Below, in pieces: positions 36,470-47,600 of a stretch of DNA of 64,000 nt. This DNA comes from a virus (Duplodnaviria > Caudoviricetes), in IMG/VR virus record IMGVR_UViG_3300037589_000163, positions 1-64,000 of that record. One strand, given 5' to 3'. The first letter of the stretch is position 1; every line of letters starts with the position of its first letter. The notes below the pieces were generated by a model that saw only the letters and a list, made by a program, of their open reading frames with translations, had not been told where the DNA came from and did no database searches. Position numbers and translations under genes: made by a program.

Positions 36470-38497
36470 ATGGCACCTTTGACCTGGCGTGAAGTAGGAG
36501 CGCCGACATTTTCGGGAGTGGCAGAGTCGCAGAGGCTTGCCGCTGATCTGATCAACCGAAGCACAAGCGGTCTGGATACTGCTCTTGGAAATTTCCAGGA
36601 AGGGCGCCAGAAAAAGGCCGACAGTGCTTACCTGGCCGACATCTCCAAGTTCACTGATCCTGGTTCCCTGGACCAGGCTTTGCGGTCCGGTGTCGCCGGC
36701 AATGACGTTTCCGCAGATGCTCTGAAGTATGGTCTGGAACATCGCCGGCAGCTCCTCGGGGATCAGACGATCCAGATCAACAACGAACAATCCATGTGGA
36801 ACAATAACCGGGTCCAGGAGAACGAAGCCGGACGGCCGGCAGCTCTCGCACGGGTGAACGAGATTCGATCCCTGGCCTCCCAGGGAACGCCTGAAGCCAT
36901 GGCCCAGGCCAGGGAGTTGATGTCCCAAAGTTCCGACGTCTTTGCGGCCGCTGGTATGCGGTCCGAAGACATCATGAACATGGTGAACGGGAATATGTCG
37001 ACGGCAACGGCCGGACTGGCAACCAACGAAGCATTCCAGAAATGGGGTGACTACAACGTCAATCGCGGCAAGGGTCTCGAGGCAGACAAGCTTTTCGCCG
37101 ATGTCATGCGGTCCGCTGCTACTCCCGAAGAAGGTGCTCAAATGATCCGGTCCAATCCGGATCTGGATCCAGACGTGGCAACGATTGCTCTTGCCAAGAT
37201 TACCGGAGACCAGGGCAGCGCCTTGTTTGGTGGTGCGGTCGATCCGTCCAGGGTCATCATGGATGAACAGCTCCGCAACGGCAGGGGTGGTGGTGGTCGG
37301 ATCATCTACGAGAATGGAAACGCCACCAGAAATCGTCCGTTGTCGGATCAGCTTACAGGCGCAATTTCTCCAGTTCTCGATGAACTCGGGATCACGATGA
37401 AAGTCGTTTCCGGAGGGCAGGTGACGGAAGCCGAACGTCAGGCCGGCAAGGGTGGTCGTGTTGGTAGTGAGCGTCACGATGGTGGTCACGCAGGAGATGT
37501 TGATTTCTACCTTCCCGACGGTACCAAGCTGACGCCCAAGAACCCGTCCCATGTCCCAATTCTTCAGGAGATCGTTCGTCGTGGCCGGGCCCGTGGCATC
37601 ACTGGTTGGGGGGAAGGCGAAGACTATATGGGCGACGGCCGGGTGCATCTTGGCTTCGGTTCGGAAGCAGCCTGGGGCAAAGGCGGGAAGTCGGCGAATG
37701 CTCCTCAGTGGCTCAAGGAAGCAATGGGTGCTCCCCTGGGTCAGGCACCAGCTGCGGGCCCGGGTCAGGAAGCCTCGAACGCAATCGATCGAGCTCTTCG
37801 GGTCACCGCGGACAATGCAAGCCCGAGGGACAGTCAGAGCCTTCTCGATGCAACGAGCTTCCTCAACGAGCAGGCCCAGACCCAGATCGACCAGGGTGTC
37901 ACCGATGAGATCTTCAATGATGCTCAGCCGGTCCTGGCCGAGTTGACTGATCGTCCAAACCGGAATGCGTTGAAGGCTGACATCGTCAACCGCCTTTATG
38001 GTGAAATTGGTGATTCCAACTTCTCCGTTGATGAATTGACCGACCAGCTCAACAGGGTGATGAGCGAGTTCAACTTGCCGGCCGACGTTGCCGCAACTCT
38101 GATGAAGAGTGCGGTACAGCAGAACACCTGGGGTACTCGCTGGTTGTCCGGTGACCGCAGCTTCGACCAGAGCGAAGTCGGTCGTTATTTCCGGAAGTTC
38201 ATCAATCCGGATGCGGAAGATGTCACTGGAAAGCTCCGGCCTACGATCGAGCAGTATCGGGCCTTGCGTGCGAAACGGAACAACACGGCATCGATCGAAA
38301 AGATGCGAGCCGACGTCGAACAGGCAAAGCAGGAATACTTCAAGGCCAAGGACCGGCAGAAAAACCGGCCTGACGTCGATGTCGAAGGTCCTCTTCTGCG
38401 TTACCAGGCTCTCCTGGGTCAGATGCAGAACACGATCGCAAAGATCGATGGGGACCCTCTGATGACACCAAACACCGGTTCCCTGACGGACCAGTGA
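36470..38497 (+). CDS. N4 gp51-like ejection protein with an internal M15-like peptidase domain
   Basis: MAPLTWREV start; GSERHDGGHAGD and RVHLG motifs; no Cys seen. Confidence 0.7.
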   Translation: MAPLTWREVGAPTFSGVAESQRLAADLINRSTSGLDTALGNFQEGRQKKADSAYLADISKFTDPGSLDQALRSGVAGNDVSADALKYGLEHRRQLLGDQTIQINNEQSMWNNNRVQENEAGRPAALARVNEIRSLASQGTPEAMAQARELMSQSSDVFAAAGMRSEDIMNMVNGNMSTATAGLATNEAFQKWGDYNVNRGKGLEADKLFADVMRSAATPEEGAQMIRSNPDLDPDVATIALAKITGDQGSALFGGAVDPSRVIMDEQLRNGRGGGGRIIYENGNATRNRPLSDQLTGAISPVLDELGITMKVVSGGQVTEAERQAGKGGRVGSERHDGGHAGDVDFYLPDGTKLTPKNPSHVPILQEIVRRGRARGITGWGEGEDYMGDGRVHLGFGSEAAWGKGGKSANAPQWLKEAMGAPLGQAPAAGPGQEASNAIDRALRVTADNASPRDSQSLLDATSFLNEQAQTQIDQGVTDEIFNDAQPVLAELTDRPNRNALKADIVNRLYGEIGDSNFSVDELTDQLNRVMSEFNLPADVAATLMKSAVQQNTWGTRWLSGDRSFDQSEVGRYFRKFINPDAEDVTGKLRPTIEQYRALRAKRNNTASIEKMRADVEQAKQEYFKAKDRQKNRPDVDVEGPLLRYQALLGQMQNTIAKIDGDPLMTPNTGSLTDQ

Positions 38498-38552
38498 TAA
38501 TTAGATAATCAAAACACCATTTTCTCTATGGTGTTATATCGATTTTCGAATA

Positions 38553-38584
38553 AGATGGGGGCTGAAAAGCTCCCCTCTTTTTTT
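38553..38584 (+). terminator. Putative intrinsic terminator before vRNAP
   Basis: GGGGGCT-GAAA-AGCTCCCC plus a T-tract. Confidence 0.55.
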
Positions 38585-38602
38585 AGATAATCGGAAAAGA
38601 TA

Positions 38603-41600
38603 ATGGTTGATAAAGTCAATCCGGCACTCTCGGCAAAAGGTCCTCGAGTGGCAAGCCAGCCGGAAACGGTTTCTGAAGCGCAAAAACTCCTTCAAGACAT
38701 CGCCCAGATCAACCAGGCCACATCTGACCCGAATGCCATGGCGGCAATGAATATCTCCCGTGAACGGGGGAACTCCCTGACAGGCGACAACGCCGTCATC
38801 CAGGATTATTCGACCCTGACACCCGTACAGTTTCAGAACCGCTACGGTATGGATGCCTATGACCAGATGGTGGCCGCCGGTATCGGAGCAGCTCATGCCA
38901 GAGACCTGGCCGGTAGCAGCCGTGATCTCGGACAGATTGCCAGAGATTCGGCGCTTGATGTCGCCAACGGTGCGTTGGGCGGTATCGGGGGTCTCAATGA
39001 CTTTCTGATCCGTGGTACGGTCGCTGGCCCGATCGGGGACAGGCTTCTCCAGAAAAACGCGGAAAACGTCCAGGGTGGTCGGGAATTCATCGACTCTTTC
39101 AAGACGACGCCGACGAAGCGGCTCGACTATGTCGACAGCATTCGGACCGAGTTGGATCGGATCGATAATGAAAAGCTGACCAAACAGGATGCCAGCGACG
39201 ACCAAGGCATTGTCGACTCTTTCCGCACATACGGGAAGTCCATCCTTCGGGATGCAGGGGCCGGCGTGGAAAGGTATGCTGAAGATCCTTCCCGTCTTGG
39301 TTCCGATGTCGGGGAAGGTGTTGGTTCGCTGCTTCTTGGTGGTGCCGCTTCCAAAGCTCTTTCGGTCGGTGCTTCTGGAGTGGTCAGAGCCACAGCTCCC
39401 ACCTCGGCAACTTCCAGGTTCGGCGCAGAGGCCGTTGATGCCGCAATTCAGCGTGCTGCTTTCCCGTTGTCGATTGGCGCCATGGAAGGCGGTGGAGCAT
39501 CGACCCAGGCAATTCTGGAAGTCATGGAAATGCCGGAAGAGGCTCTTCTCGAACAGCCGGCTTATCAGGAAATGCTCAGCGAAGGTTTGTCGCCGGCAGA
39601 TGCACGTAGCCGGCTGGCTGCTCGCTCCGGTGCCATTGCTGCATCGATCGCCGCACCAGTCGCAGCTGCAACTTCGAAGCTCGTCTCTCGCTTTGAGCAG
39701 GCACCTTTCTCGGGTGGTTCCGGAAGTGTGGTCGGCAACAGTGCAAGAGAGTTTGTCGAAGAAGGTATCCAGTCCGGTGCAGGAGAGCTCGCCGGGAACA
39801 TCGGTTTGAAGTTCTCAGGAGCTGACCAGGACGCAAGTCTCGTTGAGGGAGTTGGTTCCGCATCGGTGCAGGGTGCAATTGCAGGAGCAGGCACGGCCGG
39901 AGCAATTCAAGGCCCGAGCGCTGTTCTGCGGAATGCTGCAAAAGCAGCAGGATCCACTTTCAAATTTGCCGGCGACACTGTCAAGAAGCGTGGCGAAAAG
40001 ATCCTTGCCAACATTTCCAAGGAGTCGGCCGTCTCCGAAGAGAGCCTGGCTCCGGCACTGGAAGCAGCAACGACCCAGGCTACGTCCGTGGGAGAGGGTC
40101 TTCGCAAGCTGGCCACAGAGAACAGCACAAACGACGCCTCGGTCGAAGATTACATCTCCCGGGTGGAACGGGCCGTGCAGACAGACGAACAGGATCTGTA
40201 CCTCATTCCTGACAGCATGGGCCCTGTTCTGACGCAGATCCAGCAGGAAACTGGCCGAGTACCCAACCGCTTCGAAACGCTGACCGTGGCAGCAGCCACA
40301 GCCAACAACGAAGCTCTGAGCCAGGAAGAAAGGGTTGCCGCGGCAACTTTCCTTCTCAAGCACATCGAGAACAACAAAAAGCTGTTCACCGAGGATTTCC
40401 CCGAATTCCTGGACAATGTTCCCCATGATCGCCCGGAGTTCCAGGCATTCGAGGGATACGCCGGGATCCTTTCGACAATCGAACAGGTACCTGCAATTCA
40501 GCAGGCCATCGGTTGGGCTCGACAGGAAATGCAAGCGCCGGAAAGCGATGTCTCGAAAGTCGATCTGAATTCGGATGATGGACGGAAGATTGTTGAGAGA
40601 ACAGTCGAACTTGCGACAGTTGCTCCCCAGGCCATCAACCTGAAGGCAGCAGAAGACATTCTCTTCCAGGCCGACGAGGGCACGCTGAACCTTTCCCCGG
40701 AGCGTCGTCGCATTCTCCGTGGCGCCACGTCCTTGATCAACGCTGCTCGAGCTTACGCTGCACAGGTCAGGGTGATGGAACCAGGTGTTCTGGAAGAACA
40801 GTCGGAAGACCTCCAGCAAGAGCTTGATGAAACCCGTGATCGTGACGAGATGATGGAATTCATCGGCAGGCAGATCGAAAAGGACGGTGGTCCGAAGGCT
40901 CACCAGACTTCGCTGAGAGATCATGTTGCAGGCATCTCCCTTGCAGCGAGCCAGGGAGACATGAAGACCGCACGTCGCAAAGCGCAACGGCTCGTGATGT
41001 TCGCCATGTCGCATGCCAACAAGGTCAGCGCCTTGAGCCAGTCTATCCGAAACGGTGACGGCAAGAACGTGCCTTACAAAGCGTTGGCGGCTTCAGACGA
41101 ATTCTACACCAACAAGAAAGGTGTCGGTGTTCGCATCGGCAATCCTGGTTCCGAACGCTTTGCGCGCAAGGTTCAGGCAGAAGCAATGGCAATCGCTCAG
41201 TTGGCGAATGACATCAGCAACCAGTATCCCGAATTTGGTCTGCGCCAGGTCGAAGTTTCGGACCTTGGCTTGCAGAATGTTGAAGTCGGACAGAGGGAGC
41301 CCGCTCCCGCCGAACAGACAGAACTTCCCCAGGCTACCACAGCCGAGCAGGTTCAGGTTCGTCAGGAGGAGCTCCCTCTTCCGCGTTCTCAGCCTGCCCA
41401 GGAGCCTTCGCAAGCAACATCGGAGGAGACGTCCGTTGATGCGAGCTCGACCGTGGCGGCTGAGAAAGTGGTTTCGGAAACAGTGGATGAAGCCACCGCC
41501 GGCCCAGAAGATACAGGGAGCGGGCCGGCAGCGGCTTCGACCTCGACAGAATTGCAGGGGGGGTACTACCCTGCCGAGGTAACCGATCAGAGTTCTGACC

Positions 41601-44600
41601 GGGTTTCGGAATTGCTTGATGGTGTGTCTGAGGACGTTGATTACCGTCCTACGACTGCTGAGGAATATCCGGATCTCGTGGCACCGAATGGGAACAACTG
41701 GTTCCACAAGTCGTTCCGTAGCCCGGAAAACCTGAAGTCTCGTGTGGTCTGGTTGACCAACCCGATCAAGGATTTCAAGAGGATCCTGAGCAAGTCGAGT
41801 GAACTGGTTTCCTTCATGGGGAACCCGGATCTTCGGTATGATGTGAATGGTCAGGATGCTGCGGGTTTCCGCAAGCTCCTCTCCCTGGCCGATCCTGCGT
41901 TGGAAGCGATCGAGAATCGTTTGAAGGCCCGTCTCAAGAAGGACGGGCTTCTCGAAAAGATCGGCCAGGGGTTGGAAGTCAACCGGTTCCGGGATCTCCG
42001 TGTTCTGAACCTGATGCGCCAAGATGGCACGGGTTACAACACTCAGCTCGTGGAGACGGCAGTCATTGCTGGTCTCGACTGGGCTATCAACATGAGTTCC
42101 CGGGCTGCCCGGATGACTGTCAGTGAAGTTGCTTCCATCATGGGAGTCGATGAGGCTGATGCGGCTCCCTATGTGGAGGAGTTCAACCGCGGCATGTCGA
42201 TGGACATTGCCAAGCGTTCCCTGGCCGATCGAATCGTCCAGTTCTGGGGCGTTGAACCCGAAAAAAGTGCTCGTGATGGCCTGACCAAGGGGATTCCCGA
42301 GGCCATGGCTGCTGAAGTGCTGCATGGCCTGGAGGCTGCCGGCCTGCTTGAACTCGGTATTGAAAAGAAGGATGGCGAAGACAAGCGTCTCGCTTTCCCA
42401 CACCTGACCGAGAAGAAATTCAACCGCGTGCTGTTCGATACCCGGACGGAAGAAATGGAAGGATTGATCCGCAGCCTGGATGGCAAGCATGACTTGCTTG
42501 CCGACATGGTTCTGGTGAACCGTGAAGTTGAAGATTTCAGCATCGGTGAACCGGTGACAGACATCGATCAGCGTCAGCTTCGCAACCCGATGGTCGCTCT
42601 TTCCAACCAGCAGAAAAAGACCCTGGAGCACGTCCAGAGCACGCCGTATTTCCCGAACCAGGTTGTCTATGATTTCTATCAGACGCTTGGTGAAGAAGCC
42701 TATGTGACGATGATGAGTGGTCACCCCTACCAGAAGGGTGACCTGGAAAAGACCCACGTCGAAATGGGTTTGAACAGGATCCATTGGGAGTCCATCAAGG
42801 GACGTCAGCGTGGTTTGGTCAGTGATTTCCGTAATGTAACCAAGCAGATGACGGCTGTTCGTAGGAAGGGAGAAAACGTCCCGACCTACTACAAGCACCA
42901 CATCAACAAGCTTGGTCGTACCCAGATGGCTGGCCTCAGCAATCCGCAGACTTCGAAGCTCGCTCGTGAGATCTTTATGCCGACACGCTCGGAGCTGGAC
43001 TTGTCTGAGAATGCTCCGGATATGGACAAATTCCTGATGACCGTCGGTCAGGGCATAGGCCTGAAAACCGAAAAAGAAACTCGAGCCGACATCGTGATCA
43101 AGGTCATGGAAAAGACCATGACGGAAGGTGGAGAATTCTACCAGACAGTCCAGAACCTCAAGTCCTGGCTCCAGCAGCGTGAGAATGACCAGGGACAGGA
43201 TATTGACCTGGGAGTGTTCGAGGATCTCCGTTCGCACGGTCTTTCGGATCATGGCCTGCACTCGCTCATAGCGGTTGCCCGCTACGAGCTCGCCTCCGAA
43301 ACCGGGGGCGATCTGAGCAAGTTCGAGGTGTTCAACTATCTCGAGGCTGACGGCAAGACCAATGGTCCGATCAACGCCCTGATGACGCTGGCCGCCGGCA
43401 AGATCACTCCTGCCTGGCTCAACGCTGTAGGCAAGGGTGGTGCTTTCTTTGGTCGGTTGAACAAGACACTCAACAGCCACGAAGACAAGGTTGACCTCTA
43501 CGAAGAGAGCTCGACCGAAACCCAGGTTCAGATTGTGGAACTCAACGCAGCACTGGCTGAAAGTGACGAGAGTTCACATGAACTGTTTATTCGGTTCAAA
43601 AGGTTCCTATCGGCTCTGGAAGCCAATGTCGAAATCGACAGCAACGGTGAGATCACCATCAAGCGTGGTCTGACCAAGAACCCGTTGACCATCACCATTT
43701 ATGGATCAGGCGCCAAGGGTATCGCCGGCAAGGTCACAGACGAGATTGTGAATGCAATCTACGAGAACCTTTCCAAGTCGATCCAGGATGGAAAGCATGC
43801 TGGTGAGTTGATCTACGGTGACGGCAAGGGATCTGACTTCATGTCGGATCTGGTTGAGTTGACCTCGAAAGTCGTTCTTCGCAGCAAGGACAGCGAAGAA
43901 TATTTCGTCATGGGTGAGACCAAGGAAATTGGCGGTTCCAGCCAGAATTTCACGTTCAACAGGGAACAGTACAGCAACCTTCGTCAGAACGTTTTGACGT
44001 TCCTGGTCAATCCGATGCGGTTGGCGATCGATAAGAAAGTCACTGGTCATGTTGGCCGGACGACTTCGGCTGTCCAGCAGGCAACCCAGATCCAGTCGAT
44101 CTTCCTAAAGGGAATGACGATCGATAAGGTGACCCGTCGTCTTGCTGAAATGAAGAACGACCCGGACAAGTTCTCCTACCGGGAAGGTGAGTTCCTGAAC
44201 CGTAACGAGCAGCAGGATATTCAAGATAATCTCAAGCGATTTTCTCCAATAATCGACACCGGCACTCAGGCCTACATGATGTCGGGTGGAGAACGGAGTG
44301 ACCTGTTTGAGAAGACCGTCGTGGATATCGACGGCAAGCCGGTTGAAGTGACAATGCCGGAAACGTTCTCGAGGTCCTTGTCCGGTGATATGAAGACGCC
44401 AGCCTATTTCTATGGGCCCACGCTCGCTGGTGTTCGTGCCATTCCGACCCTGGTCGTTGGATCCGGTGATGGACAGATGATGCTCAACTTCCTCTCCGGA
44501 AACCCGGAAGCGGCTCGTCGTGTGCTGCATGTGTTCGATGGTCTGAACATGCCGGCTGATGCGATCGACGATTATTCGCGTCTCGTCAACCAGGCTGTTT

Positions 44601-47600
44601 TCCAGACCTGGACTTCAGACAAGAACCCGGTCCGGGCCGCCTATGAAAGTTTCAAGGCGTTCGTCGAAGCTTCCCCGATTGAAGAGCTTTTCCCTGGCGA
44701 TCAAATGAATGATCAGCAGAAGCAGGCTCTCCTGGAGTTGAGTCAGGTGGCCCTGGATCGCTTTGAAGTGGCTGAAGGCGATATCATCGACACCGAAACG
44801 GTCAGTCAGCTTCTGAACCTGACACTCGATAGGCTCGAGAGACTGGCCAACGAGACGGATGCACGTCGCCAGGTTTACGCTGAATTCGATTTGTCGGTCG
44901 ACCAGATGGCTTCGGGTGAAAGCCCGTTCGTGAATGAAGGTTCGATCAAGCTGGAAGAAAACACCAGCATCGAAGACATCGCCTATGAAATGCAGGCGCG
45001 TTACGAAGAGATCCTGACCAACCAGACGAAGCCAAAGACCGAGAAAACCAGTGTCTCCGGTGTGGAATCTCCCAACCAGAAACTGGAGGAGTTCATCCAG
45101 TCCGTGGCAAACACGAACGAGAACGGTGCTCTTGTCCTGGATCCGGATCAGTTGTCGGCAATGCCTGACAAGATCCTGAATTCCTCGCAGAAGCAGGTTT
45201 TGTCTGCCGCGGTGAAATCCCTGGCCGGCGCCGGTTATAGATTGGTCTTTGGAACACCAAGCGTGCTCGATGCCTGGGAACAGGCCAACAACGCTGACCG
45301 GTTCCTTCCTGGTTCCAACAATGGTTACGGCAAGATCGATCCGATTTCGAAGGTAGTCCTGGTCTCGAATACCTCGGGTGAGACCTTGGTTCACGAGCTC
45401 GTTCATGCCGCGACTTTCATGAAGGTCAAGGCAGCGTTCGAAGATCCCAAGGCAATCCCCAAGGAAGACCTGGAAGCTGTGGCCCGTATTGAAGGCCTCA
45501 TGGCCGAGTGGTTGGCCCAGGATTTCAGTGAATTTGACGAAGCAGCACAGGATGCCCGCCGGCAGGCTGTGGCGACAGTCGAAGGATACCATCGCCGCGG
45601 ACAGACTGCTCAGGCGGTCAATGAGTTCATGGCCTGGGTTTTGGGTAACCAGAACCTCAGCCGTGCTGCTCTCTTGACGAAGGTCAAGAACCCGCTTGCG
45701 AAGATCGCTCGTAATGCCCTGGCAGCCTTGAAAAAGCTGGTCTTCGGTACCGACAAAGTTGATCCGGTGCATGATGATCTGATGTCAAACTTGCGCTTCA
45801 ACACCCAAGTTCTCATGGCTACACCGACGCCGATCGAATTGCTGCGCCAGGATTACAACGACATGGCGCTCTACCAGTCGGCAACATTTGGCAACGACCA
45901 GCGGATTTCCGAACTGAGAGATCTGTTTGGTCGCAAGATCATTGCCTGGGTCAAGGGTAGCGGAACAGACGTCATCAACCGTTTGCAGAGCTCCGGCCGG
46001 GCAGTCGAAGCGCTGGATGCCTACAAGGCAGGCTTCAACACAGCCAGGGCTTTCGGATACCACTTTGACGGTCTCGGAAATATGCAGGCCAATTCGACCT
46101 TTGCTTCCATTCAGGCAGCGCTGATGACCGAAATGGATTTGAATTCCAATTCGCTGTCCAGGATTGAAGAGCTCTACAATCACGTCATGGGACAGTTGTC
46201 GCCGAGTTCCTTCCAGGAAAAGCCGGATCAGAACGACCCGAACGATCTTTACCAGGCCCAGGGAAAGTTCAACGTGTTGTCTGGTATCTACATCAATGAG
46301 ACCGACAAACTCGGCCGGTCTTCCCTGATGTCGTCTTTCCTGGCCCTCGCCATGGTCGATGACGGTTTCCGCAAGATCCTTGCTGGGATGAACAAGCCTG
46401 AAAACGAACAGAGCCAGGACCGCACTCTTGACGGTCTGCTCGAGAACGCAGCAAATGCTGGTCTCGATCGTCTGTCCCTGTATCTGGCAGGAGAGAAGAA
46501 GCAGGACAAGTCAGTGCAAGAAGCACTCGACAGCCTGACCATTGCGATGATCGAAAATGTCGGTGATCAGCGTGCATTCGTTGAACAGCAGACAGAGACT
46601 TTCTTCGAACAGGTCGAGGAAAAAGTCGCCAATTCGATCCAGGAGACCAGTGCCAGGGTTGCAGAGAAGTCGGCCGATGTTGCGAGGAACTCGAACAGCC
46701 GAACCGTCAAGGCCGGCGCCACGATCGTCAATGTCTTTTCGACGATGATCAATGAGCAGAAGTCGAGTGACGCAATGCTTGGTATGGTCAGCTGGCTCAA
46801 CCAGAAAGAAGGTATGGAACTGATCCGGGACACTGTCGGCAACTTCATTGGCCGAACCCGGGAGAATGCCGGCGTCTTCGATATGATCTCGAAGGTCCGG
46901 GCCCAGGTTCAGCAGGTTCGTCAGAACTTCCGTGAGGATCTTCCGGTCAAGCTTTCGAAGGAGTTCTCCAGGCCGCCGACTGCAAAGCAGTGGACTGCGA
47001 TGTATAACGCCCTCGGACGATCGGATATTGCTTCCCTGGTTCGTTCCTATGGTGTCGGTAAAACTGTCGATCTCGTTGCGGATACGTCAAAGATCGATGC
47101 TGAAGTGCAGAAGCTGGAGAGACAGATCCAAGCAGACAATGCCAGCCGCTTCCCGAAGATCAAAGAGAAGTCCTTGCAGCTTGCCAAGTTCATGATGACC
47201 GGCGAGCACGGTCCTCAGCTGCTTCGTAATGCCGAAGCAATCGCTCGTCTCCTGGGAGAGCGTGGCCTTGCCTTGCGTACCGCGCCTTCGCAAGAGCTCG
47301 TTGAATCGATCGACAAGCTGGTGACGCTGTATGCTCTCCAGGGGCTCGATGACAACAGTCGGGCAGACGTGACAACCTTGCTTGGAAACACGAAGGACAG
47401 GTCCGGAGTTGAGTTTGTCACCAGTTATCTGGTTGGTCAGCGCAATGATGAGCTGGCCAAGGTAGGAAGCAACAAGACTGCATCTTTTAACCACTACAAA
47501 GGACACATCCCATCGGAAGTCCAGCAGGGTGGTTCATTGAGGATTGCTTCCGAAACAAGCCACGCAGAAATGGTAAGCAGGGGATATACCCGTGTGGCAT

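Noticed and set aside
20975-37648. Long antisense ORFs such as 20975-22393, 22854-23849, 30405-31625, 32624-33715 and 35858-37648
   Set aside because: Each mirrors a well-supported plus-strand structural gene
41093-46183. Long minus-strand ORFs (795, 385, 132 aa) opposite vRNAP
   Set aside because: Antisense shadows of a codon-biased gene; no motifs or RBS
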